A DNA stretch of 64,000 nt, taken from NCBI GenBank assembly GCA_000708835.1, contig DF236995.1:62001-126000 (forward strand), written 5' to 3'. Below, in pieces: positions 11,701 through 23,009 of the stretch. The translations under genes were made by a program, and so were the position numbers. This DNA comes from Klebsormidium nitens. Lineage: Eukaryota; Plantae; Klebsormidiophyceae. The notes below the pieces were generated by a model. It worked only from the letters and a program-made list of their open reading frames with translations. It had not been told where the DNA came from and made no database searches. Each line of letters begins with the position of its first letter. The stretch's first letter is position 1.

Positions 11701-12876
11701 CTCTAAGGCCGCCATCCGTGCGCGCGGCGCTTCGTGCGGAGAAGTGGCGCGCGCGCACTTTCTCCACGAGGGACGACGACGTTCCCACGTGCCGCGACTG
11801 CGACAAGCTCTTCGCGAGTGAGGCGTCCCTGGCTAACCACAAGCAGTACCGCTGCCCCACCCCCGCAAAGGTACGTACCGACACTGGCTCTTTACCTCAA
11901 GCTTAATAAAAGTCTCCTGAACCGATTTGGAAGCTCCTTTAGGACCACCGGAAGGTGTTTAAAGGTTTATCTCAAGAGCGTGTGCCAAATTCTGATGCGA
12001 AAAGCTGTTTGAGTAAACGGGCGCGTCATATTTGTCATCCGTTCTGTACTTATCTGCAGCTTTTGGTATTGGACGGCCCCTGAGGCTTTTATTGATTGTT
12101 TTATACGAGCTTCAGAACCTATAATATATATAGGGAGTACTCGCACGTGAACGTGGCAGCCGCCTGATCACTGAGCTAATTCAGCTTCACGGAACAACGT
12201 TCCTGATTGATTTCTTGACGGTTGAACCGGCAGGGGTGGGACTCTTGACCTTTTGGGTGATTGCGTCGCCCCTTACCGTGTGCGTCAGCCCTTCAAAAAG
12301 ACGAATGCTTTCAAACCGGCCGATTGTTGGAGCGGTTGGTAATCAAACGGTATATGATTGTGGGCTTCGAGAATGAAGCGCCTATTAGTGACGTTGGATG
12401 TCACAAGATCGAAAGAGCTGCCTCAGTCCGGGACCATATGCAGCGTGCAAAATTACTCAGATCTTTCTGAGTGTACGCAAATGTGTACGCTGAAACAACG
12501 AGGTGGATGTATGCATGCCTTTTGGGCTGCGCCCAAATGCGTCTCCGATTCTCAGGATTCAGCCAGCTTGATGTCGGTCGTCAGAACCTGGGTTACAACA
12601 TCGAACCCAATGTGCTGAAATCGTTCATGTCTTGGATTTCTGCAGGACCGCGGCAGCTCGCGAAACGAGAAGAGCGAAACGTCCGCAGTCGACGTAGACC
12701 CGGACGAGGATCCGACCGTCCGCAAGAAGGCCAAATCCGGTGTCAGCGAGGGCATTCCGGCGGAAGCGAGAAGGTCCCCGGAAGATGACGTAGCTGCTGA
12801 CGTGGCTCAAGCGCTGAAGGCGATGCTAGCGAAGGGGATCAAAGCAGGGGCGCGGCTCCTGACCGAGGAGGGATGA
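8747..12876 (+). CDS. Uncharacterised family-A protein with C2HC zinc finger, copy 3
   Basis: Exons: 8747-8938 (MDPTAKSCGALDTAKKLRTFLDAL...LGATY); 9291-9517 (NKSSGAPRGFCKLVCNLMIGW...ADYLLGS); 10365-10467 (LGAKAISSGLRLSKVLTGMYAIQIYLHTRDPFVE); unresolved exon(s) ending at 11127 (...MINLTY...LDLPEGWRDILQQ...QK); 11676-11870 (CRDCDKLFASEASLANHKQYRC); 12646-12876 (acidic linker, then ...MLAKGIKAGARLLTEEG*). Confidence 0.7.
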
Positions 12877-14627
12877 AGGAAAGACTGTAGTTCTGAGGAA
12901 AATTCTGAGGGAGCCAGATTTCGTGGTGCTTAACACAACAAGCCTTGTATGTTTGCACACGGTACGTGCTGGCCTTTACTTTGCATCAGTCCGGATAGAA
13001 AGGAACTTTGTGGAGAGCTTCGAACAATAATATGGACATATCCAGATCGGTGCGAACCCTTCCAAGCACCAGATCTCCACTTCTGTCTGTGGACCGAGAA
13101 CTTGAAAGAGAGCGCATCTATCGCGCCTTGAATTGGGCCTCCCACTCCAATATGCAGCCGCCCACGTAGCTTATGTGAATCGAAGCCATTAGGATGACGG
13201 CGTTTTCAGAAACGGCAGGACGCAAACGCCTTTCAAAATTTCATGCAACTCGCATGTGCATCGGAATACGTCACTAGCTGGGCTTCTTTCCATATTTCCT
13301 TAAAGGGTTACGACCGGCTCTGAACAGTAACCATATCCCGCGTTAAGTCGGATTCTTCCGATTCGGTCTTGTCTACTCTCTTCGGAGCTTTCGCATTGCT
13401 CAATGGATCGCTTCGCACGGAATCTGAAAGCGAGGCCTGTGATGGATTCCGGGTCAAGCCTTTGGAATCTTCGCCGGCCCTTCTGAGGACACGGAAGCAT
13501 TTCGATCTGCAGATCGCAATCGAGAGTCACGTGTGAGAGTTGACTCGCGAACACGTCCGACTTTCACACAGTATTTAGCACGAAAGCGTCTCCAAATTAG
13601 GTTGTGAATTCTGCATACATGTTTCAATCCGTTCATGCAATTGTTAAAGCTATGTTAATCAAGTCGCAACGCCCGTTAGCGAGTCTGCTTACGTGTTCAC
13701 GAGACGCCGCAGCCCTTTTGATGCCGCCTTCTTCTCGGAAGTTCTTGGCCATTGAAACCTACGCGCTTGGAGTCAGCCCGTAGTAGTTGTACACAGTTAT
13801 TGAAGAGATTGCAGAATCAATGTGCCGCCCGCTCCAGCATTTCATTTTCCCAAATAAAAGGAGTTGTCCGAACTGCGCCCTTATCTTGATATTTCAGATT
13901 AGAATGCGCCGGCAGCTGGAAAGGCGTCCGTCGACGTCTGACTCCACCTAGACCTCCGGAGATCCTTGATCTGGACAACACCAAGCGCTGTTTTGGCAGT
14001 TCGCCGAAAGCAGCCTCTTGTTCTATGATTGCTACTTGAAGATGAGCTCGCTCCGCGTCATGGATCGTCTCTGCACGTCTCGCGGCACATTGTTCACACC
14101 CCCGCCTGGCCGTGCCGGGCGGCGTGCGCCCGACTTTCGGACTCGTTTTGTTCTTTTGTAGTTTCGATTGTATAATAAAGTTACAGACGTGGAGTGGCGC
14201 AGCACCGGGTGACCGGATTATAACTTATTAGGAACATGAAAACAGCGGTGGGACTAAGCAACTCGATGTACCAAAGTTCAGGAAGAGAGGCCAGTTCGAG
14301 GGACTGCAATACTACCCGTAATTATAAGGGCTGGCGCAATAAAAGTCCCTAGGCCTCTCCAAGCCGGGAGGACGATCAAACGACATTGCGAGGACATTGC
14401 TGCAGTTCGAGAAGCGCCTATAATGATTTGCCCATTGGCCTTATGTCGGTCGGATATGAACGATACGGTATATACCGTTCTGAGCGGCAGGCGGCTAAGC
14501 CGCGCAGATGCTCCAGCCGCGCGGCCGCGAGGTTCCAGGCCGCCGCGCGCGCCAGCCGCGGGCGGGCGCTCCCCGTGCCGCGGGTGACTCGGAGACCTTT
14601 ACTGGGGTCGGGGACCCAAATTCCGGC

Positions 14628-14989
14628 TACACCCGGGTCAACAAGTTTTGTAACCAAACCCGGATGACGTGGCAACTCCGACGGGTTATGGTTACGAGAT
14701 TAAATGGTTATTCATGNNNNNNNNNNNNNNNNNNNNNNNNNNNNNNNNNNNNNNNNNNNNNNNNNNNNNNNNNNNNNNNNNNNNNNNNNNNNNNNNNNNN
14801 NNNNNNNNNNNNNNNNNNNNNNNNNNNNNNNNNNNNNNNNNNNNNNNNNNNNNNNNNNNNNNNNNNNNNNNNNNNNNNNNNNNNNNNNNNNNNNNNNNNN
14901 NNNNNNNNNNNNNNNNNNNNNNNNNNNNNNNNNNNNNNNNNNNNNNNNNNNNAAAAACCTCAGGTACAAAACTTATTGACCCGGGTGTA
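14628..14989. mobile_element. MITE-like element with TIRs of about 26 bp and TA flanks, spanning the assembly gap
   Basis: The left end TA-CACCCGGGTCAACAAGTTTTGTAACC and the right end GGTACAAAACTTATTGACCCGGGTG-TA are near-perfect reverse complements. TA on both sides fits a Tc1/mariner (Stowaway-like) target duplication. Confidence 0.7.
14717..14952. other. Assembly gap (N run)
   Basis: 236 consecutive N bases. Confidence 1.
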
Positions 14990-15839
14990 TTCCAAGTGTG
15001 CACTGTGTGGTGCATTGGGTGACCGATCGGCGATGACCTGCACCCCGCTGCTTGTGACGTCAGGGCGTTCACGCTGTGCGTCATCATGCAACTTCCAATC
15101 AATAGACACTGCGGCAGATTGCGCCTCATGTAGAACGGAGGGATCACCCTGTAAATTGTAATCATTGAGTGGTCCGAGGGACGGCGAGTGTCCTCCCGCA
15201 ACGCATGCGTCGATCTTTCAATGGCATGCAGGAGACTGCCGCAGGGTTCACGAATCAGAATGTACCTTGCAAGGGCACATGGTGCAACGGCAGGGGGCAT
15301 CATGCTTGCTGGCGAGAATTAACCAAATGGTCAATGCTGAATGAGCACTGCGACAATCACCCTTTGCGAATGGCGCTGCAAACGCTTTCATTCTACAGTA
15401 GTACCGCCTGCTTAGGATAGGTATACAATCACCCTCAATTGAAAACTTCTCATTCAAGAGCAATCATGCGTTGCATGCATCGCCAGAAAGCAGGACTTTA
15501 CGAACCATTTAAACGTTTAAACGGTCAGGGAGCTGGTCCTTGCCTGCACCAAGAAGAGGTTAACCAGAGTCGAAGCCGGGACGCTAGAGCTCTTACTCAA
15601 TGCACAATCATTGGGCCTTGTGGACAGAGCAACGAGGAGGTATAAAGAGCGTCTTTCAAATTCCCCCGGCCATCTCAAACCAGCAGGCAGTTGCTCCTCT
15701 CTTTGAAAACACATTCAGCAAACTGCCGCAGCACCACCTATTTCAAAGCAGTACAGCGCTCCTTCCCAGCTGGTTTCCCAGACAGATTTCCAGCTCCACT
15801 TTGCTGAGACCCTCTGGTGTCAAGCTGCTCGGCAAAGCA

Positions 15840-18800
15840 ATGGCGCACATTGCGATCGGGGGGCCCTTGTGTCTGCTGCTCGTGCTGGCCGCACTCGCCA
15901 GCCATGTCTCTGCAGCTGACTCTGTGCTCGGAGCGTCCTTCAGTGCGTTCGGAGGAAACCGCAAGCTGCTGCAGTCTGGTTCTTCTGGTGAGCTTCAGCT
16001 GACGTTTGCGCACTGCTCATGCTGAGGCATTTGCTCCATCAGTCAATTGCTGGCGTCCTCTCTAGGTGTTTGAAATTGCGCACTGCTCATGTTTGAGGCA
16101 TTTAGGCCTTCAGTCACATTCCAACACTCTCCCTTGTAGAGAAACGAGCTGCACGCTGGTTTTTGAGCTGTTGACATGCTAAGTCTGGAACACAGCCAAA
16201 ATACTTCCTGCAAATAACAGACCAATATGGGAAACCCCAGAGGAAACAGTCGGATGGAGTAACAGAAATTTCTGAGGCTCTGTGCACTCAGGCCAAAGCA
16301 TGCACTCAGGAACTAGGCAGCAAGATGTGACTCTAACCTGACTATTCCAATCGTTGTTTCTTACTGAAAGATTAGTGCCAAGATTTGCCAGAGCTTACCA
16401 CCCGTGGTTAGGCATTTCGGAGCTGGTATGTGACAAGAGCTGAGGTCTTCAATTACTAACTTCGCGAGGGACAAGCGAGAAACCAGCATGAATCAGGATC
16501 GTATCATGCTCGTCACTTGCAGCTTCCCGATTGAGTCCAGTTGGGTGAGAGCCCAGTACAGTACTAATTTCTTCCAAGCTTTTATCGCAAATCATATCAC
16601 CGCAGCACAATGCAGCTTTTCCAACAAACAACACCTTCTATTTCCTCCGTATTTCTTTTCTTTGTCCAGAAACTCTTTTGCACTCAAGCTCTCGTGCTGA
16701 ACCACGTTTTCTGGCTGCAGGCTCCACCGTCTTTGGTACCCCACCTGCGGGCACTTTGGTTGTGACCTGGAACCCGGTTCCAGCGAAGCACTCCGACAGC
16801 CCCGACTTTGGAAAAATCACAAGCCCCCCGTACCAGTATGACTGGTTGAACATGTGAGCTTCTGTATGGCTGCAGGAATACATCAAGTTTCATGGAAGGC
16901 CCTAGAGATGGCATGCTATTAACCATTACAATTGTGTCAAGCGTCTGCGTGACCCTTGGCAGTGCGAATGAATGCTGCGTAAGCGGCTACCAGAAGGGAA
17001 ACCAACATGCATGAATCTTTGCATTACGTACCTCAAAACGAGCCGTGTGGTTTGCATCGATGCAGTAACGCAGATCAGCAAAATGCTTGGTTGAAGTGGC
17101 ATTCTGGACCTGTGCAAACCCGGCCGGCCAAACAAACCCCCAGGCTGATTTTAATGCACAGAGGTCTGATTGGCCACTGGCTTGAAAAGTGCAAGTCTTT
17201 GTTGAGTCCTTCCCCAACAATTCATACGCATGAGTTTAATCTGCGATTACCAAAGCCAGGAGCATGGGAACTTATCCGTGTCACCGCTTCGTATCTGTCC
17301 CTGGCCTTCAAGAAGCATCTTGCCACCTCCCCCGAACTCAAATTTCTGCTCCTCCTTCCAACAGATACCCCATTTCGTCAAGCTGTGAGAACTGCACGGA
17401 TTTGTGGTTCTACCCCGTTGAGGCTTACGTGGCGGGCTCCAACGGCCAGAAGACGCAGCTGACGTCATCAGGGGGCTGTGACATCGCCACCCGGCAGTAT
17501 CCGGACCTTGGCAGTTTGTTCACGTAAGCAGTCTACTTTCCTCTTTTGTCTATCTCCGGGTCCTATCTTATAGTACCTTCTGTCGAGGTTGTCTTTGCAA
17601 CCCTTGAACGCGTTTGCTTGTTTGCATCACGGTCACGTCGTCAGCTGTCGACTTCTCTCTTGAGATCTGTGACCTCCTCAACATGTACCAACAATAGAGG
17701 AGAGACATCGGCTTCTCAGCGCCTGCCTGCAGCAAAAGGCGTCTTGCATGCCCTATTCCGTTTAAAAGCTTTTACAAAAGAGGGTTTTCGGCGCTTAATT
17801 CTAGTCGATTGCGGGCTGATCAACTCGTGGATTCCCTCATGACCAAAGTCGAGCAATACCCAAAGAGCAGCCCACTTCTTGGTTAAGAAACCAGATTTTG
17901 TCTGGTTGACCACCCTGATTAAATGCCAATCCCTTCCTTTGTGACGGGGAAGCTAAATCTTCCGTTCAGCCGAAGTACCAGACTCGTAACTGGCTATACA
18001 GCGTCCTTAGCAGCCAAACCCTTCTTGTTCAAAACAAAGCTAAACCCTCCGCTTGTCCCTTTGTGCGTGCAGCTCTTGCACCGGTTCCTTCAGCGTCCCC
18101 AACAACGGAACCCTCGCGGTAACCCAGGTTTGGGACCTGCTGGTCGCCTCAGACGATCTGCAGTTCCAAGTTCCAACCCCGCTCGCCTACTTTAACTGCA
18201 TCGCGTTCTTCTTCGGGGGCGCTTCCACGCCTTCTGCGGGCCTCACGAACTTCCAGGCGTCCTTCGACACTGGGCCGATCCCAATCAAACGTGAGCCCAC
18301 TTTTCTGATTGGGAAATCCTGACCGTTCTGATTAGAGAAAGCTTCGCCACTGAGTCCACCTCCTTAAACCGTGAGCCCTAGTTCGTGATTTGTAACGTTC
18401 CAAACTCTGCATAGGCCAGGGATCGGGAGTAATCAACCCGATGCGTCATGAGGTGAGGGCCGGATAGATAGGCATTAACAAGTTCATCCTCCGACACAAG
18501 GGCGGATCCCAATGAAACGTGAGCTGTATTTGATGAACCTCAATACCCAGGGCTCAACTATGAAAGTCTGGGGCTGGATTCGTCGGTCTAATGCTCTTTT
18601 TGACGTTTGAGTGAGGGTTGAATGATACGAGGGGGTGACAAATTAGGGCCGATCCCATCAAACGGAAGCGCTGTTTTGCGGTACCGCTACTCGCTAAGAA
18701 CCTCCCCGTTTTATACTTCCCATCAACCTGCTGCATTGATCTGATCGTAGTCGACCAGATAAAAGGTCGGACACGCTTTGCTCCAAAACACACTGCCTCG

Positions 18801-21758
18801 CATCGAATCGCAATCTCGCACGCCGAATGGGGCCGTTCTTCGCCGGGCCTGCTTGTCGTCCGCTTCCACTTCACCAAACAGTCCGCTCAATCGGGAAGTC
18901 TACAGCAAAGTCGGAAGGTGTTTTGCTTTGAGAAGTTCGCCTCATTTGGTTTGTAACGTACTTTTTCCCAAGGTTGACTGGAAAGGAACTGCGCGAGCAA
19001 GGGGATCCTATTTCTAGACGAAAGCTGTGCTTGTGAGCTGACACGTGTCGCCTTGTCTTCCGCAGCCTCGACGAGCAACAATCTCCCCCCCACCTTCAGC
19101 AACATCGGGTTCGAGTCGCTCCCATTCACGGAGACGGGAGCGCTCACTTTCAAGAGCATCAACATGCGGCTGTCGTACGATCCCCCCGTTCCCGTTCAAA
19201 GCTTTGGCTGGTCTCTCCCGTACACTCACTGCACTTTCTCGGGCGTCCAGAACGTGGCGGTTCAGAGCGGTGAGTGGTCGCCGCGAAGTGTCTCTGGTGT
19301 GATTCAGTCCTGACTCATTCCGAGAGTTTTCCAGCGACCACCTGACTGGCCAGAGTGGTTAAGCGGTCGCCGCTGAGATTGTTCAGTGTTATTCAATTTC
19401 GGAAGCATTCCGTACACTCACTGCAAATTTTCGGGGGTCCAGAACGTGGCGGTCCAGAGCGGTGAGCGGTCGCCGCTAAGTGTTTCTAGTGTCACTTGAG
19501 ACTGGTGTATTGTCTGTTTCTTTGAGCGACCCGCCGACTATTTGGAGCGGTGAGTGGTCGCCGGTGAGTATTTCTGATGCAAAAACTTAAGACTGATCAG
19601 ATCCTTTCAAGCGACCAGATACTGTCCAGCTCGATCTTCGATACGTACGTGGTCGCTCGATACGTGTCCTTCGGTGTGGTTCAAATTGCATGGATATTTG
19701 CGAGGTCGGCCGTCCTTTGTTTTCAGGGAAGCGGCCGGGAAATCAAAGCAAGCCAACCGATTTAGTTGATTATCGATACTGGTTTTGCGAATCCTGTAGC
19801 ACTTAGTACCGAGCTACTCTTCTGGGCTCTCGACCGTCCAAACTGCGATTCCACTGTGGACGGATCGTTAGCCGGTAGCGGAGCCCGAAACTGTGGTATT
19901 CCTGTGGAAGTCTCAGCCGCGACCGAGTCCGAGATGGGTATAATAGTGATGGCTGGGAAGTTTGCATTTCCTTTGTCTTTGATTGATGAACGGGCTGCAT
20001 TCTTACCTGGCCAAAAGGTTCTCAAATTCGAAAGCTGCGTGTAATTTGGGTATAAGTTGAGTAGCCAGAGTCAACGAAATATGCAGAACGGATATGAGCC
20101 TTTAGCTCATGGTTCCAGTTCCTCATTCACGTCTGATTAAGCATCCTCAGCACTTACCAGATCTTTGCTTTCAAAGTGACAGCACGAAGCGTGGTTATTG
20201 CTCCGATGGGAATCGTTTTGATCGAGAATCTGAATACAAATAGCAGGGGTAATCCCGACCGGCCAAGGCAGCGCCCTGCTAACGATACTTTTGGCCCACA
20301 TGCTCGACTAAGGTTATTTCTTTACGTTGCAGTGGCGGTTCCGCCAGTCGCAGCTCCGCCAACGGGGCAACTTGTCGGAGGCACGTGTGACCCTCGGTCA
20401 TCAAAGCCCAACCAGGTATGCCAAATATCTCTCTTTCTTCTTCTAGAAAACATGTTTCCCACCGTCTTTGCCACAGCGACGCTCTGTACGGACTTCAGTC
20501 GGTTGAAGTTAAACAAGCAACAAGACGCACTTAGGATGCACCTAATTCGGTAGACGTGATGTTCTGCTTAATTCTCGGGCCCCTGAATCTCGCACCCAAG
20601 GTGCTGCATAGCCAGTCTGCATCTTTAATAGGCGGATTCGACGATATGGTTACCTCGATCCTCGCCTTTGTCGGAAGTCTTCGTCGAAAACATGTCGGCT
20701 GCCGCGCGAGATTACGGCCCGGGGGCCCAAGCGTCTCTAGCTTCGGCTTCTTTCAACCGGCAGAACCACGTCCCTGGGGTCACTCGTATGATGTGTAGCT
20801 TTTTTGCAACTGACCGGAGCTGCTTCTCCCCCGGCAGTGCTTCAACGCGCCTGGCAACTCCTACGTGTGTTGCCCCGGCCAGTGCTCTGCCAATCCCGGT
20901 CCCACTCCGGCATGCGCGCCGCCCGCCCCTGCCACGCCCGGTAAGGACAACCGGTTGAGAAGGTCATGAAAATATGATAAGGAAGGCGTCACGATAAAGA
21001 CTTGAAATAAAATGTCGGGTGCAAGTTCATCGGCCAGTGGAACGGCCCTACAAGCGAGTTTCGTATACGTTCCTGTGCTTGGCCGAAGGCTCATATTTTT
21101 GCAAGCACGATCTAGGTCGAGCACAGTGCATACTGTACTATTGCATTGGGTTGCTGCATAAAGCTCGCGCGGGACGATACTGCCTCAATTCTGCGATTGC
21201 AATAAAGTACGAGGTGTACCTAATTGAATTGGTCACATCAGAAATCTAGATGCCCAGTACTCATGCCGCCGTCCTTCTGTTCAGGGGCGCTTCCGATTGG
21301 GGGCACGTGCGACCCAAACTCCAACAAGCCCAACCAGGTAAGAGTTACGAACGGCTATCCATCGAACAGAGCCTTAATGCTTGAGCAACGCTTCTACGAG
21401 CTCGTCTGGCAACTGAGCCGTTATCCTAACAGCGGTCGCGTTCGTCGAACCAGTCTGCACGGTTCAGCCAAGAGCTGCTTCTTACAGTTTGTGAAACTGG
21501 AAGAGCGTCGCTTAAATGCAGTCCCGAATACGTCTCACGGGTCTAGTTCCGGCAGACTCAGCCGACACATGACGCTTCAGTCTTGCCCCTTTACTGCGCC
21601 CTTGGGAAGAGCAGGGAGCTGGTTTCGAAGTGCTTGCTTTTCATGTGCTCACAATTTTTTGCTGACGTGTGCAGTGCTTCAACGCTGACGGGAGCTCCTC
21701 CGTCTGCTGCCCCGGGCAGTGCCCGGCGAGTACTGGCGCAAGTCCCGCTTGCAGCTGA
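15840..21758 (+). CDS. Secreted protein of about 394 aa: signal peptide, unknown Ser/Thr/Pro/aromatic-rich domain, and two C-terminal six-Cys knottin-like modules
   Basis: Nine exons splice in frame with GT-AG sites: 15840-15987, 16721-16853, 17365-17523, 18073-18290, 19066-19269, 20333-20415, 20838-20940, 21285-21337, 21675-21758 (1185 nt). The N-terminus is hydrophobic (MAHIAIGGPLCLLLVLAALASHVSA). Both C-terminal repeats follow C-x9-C-x9-CC-x3-C-x9-C. Confidence 0.8.
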
Positions 21759-23009
21759 TCTGCGAGCGTATATGCTATATGATATTGATCATTGCCAGTC
21801 AACCACCTATAGGCAGCCGCCCATAACCAATAAGGACCCAAGACCGGCACAACCCCACCGGCATATATCGTTGCATGCACGTACGGTAGTTGGTGCAGGA
21901 AAACTCCGTTGAATACTTGTTCATTGGATATCCGATCGTCTCTACGACCACCTTGCTTGGAGGCAGGACTTCACCCTCTCAGTGAGGCGGCAGCGAAGTA
22001 CTTACCCAACCTTCAGGCGCCGTCACGCTGGGAGCAGTTTTGTGGCGAGAAGATTACGTAGTTTTACTAATATCTACTTGGCGCATACGATCAAGCAACG
22101 ACTTAATAAGTTATTCAATGATTGGTACCGGGCCGGTGGAAAGCAAGTTCGGACCATGCGTGGGACTAATACCGTACACAACGTCTGTAAGTGTGCAAAG
22201 TAAGACACAGATTAGTGAAGCACGCCAGACGGTCACTTAACGGGGCATGCAATATACGCAGTACCTGTGGCCGGGCCATCATGGTAGGGGAATGGCCGGA
22301 GACGCTCAGTTCGAATCTAGCTTTAGTACGTTGCGCGAAATTATGCCATGATGCAAAAAGTCTGGATGGTGTCTGGGTTTTCAAGTTTTCAAACACGTGT
22401 AATATACAGCATGACGGGAGCTATAGTTGCCACCTCAGCCTGCACGGGCCTGGCACTGTATCGTTCGATCACATAAGAACTTAACCTGAGGCTGAGTCAT
22501 ACTTGGTCTAACTCAGCATTAATTGATTCAATTGATGCAATTCATTACGTTTCCGGTTAGACCCACTGCCACCCGAAAACTTGCATCCCCAGTTCGCGGA
22601 TTCCGCGTCCTTCCACGTCCTGGCTCTCGTCTTGAGTTGACTCGGACGGTTGAGTGATGCATCATTATAACATTGAGAAAGTGAAGAGATATGAATCGCT
22701 CTTGGGTCACTTCAACAGTCTAATCGTTCTGGCGCATGCATGACTCAGACGGTGTGTGCCTCGATCTATGACCCCTCCATGACCAGTATGTTCTGCGGCT
22801 TGGTCGGCCGCAACCATGCTAGTTTTGCAGATTCAGTTCAGCGGCTTGATCGAACTTAGATCATGGCAAGCATGCATCCAAATATGTACACACGCGCACT
22901 CGTGCAAGTTGTTCGGAAGCCTCTGCCCCTGCCCGTGACAGCTTTTGACTCTCCTCCGCAAACCTTTTCCTTCACTCGCCATTGTGTCGTATCCGCCTGC
23001 TGACGTCAA

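Noticed and set aside
13300-14150. Possible minus-strand exon fragments downstream of family-A copy 3
   Set aside because: No recognisable homology and no consistent splice chain could be built.
14508-15303. Several long ORFs containing X runs
   Set aside because: Artefacts of translating through the N gap.
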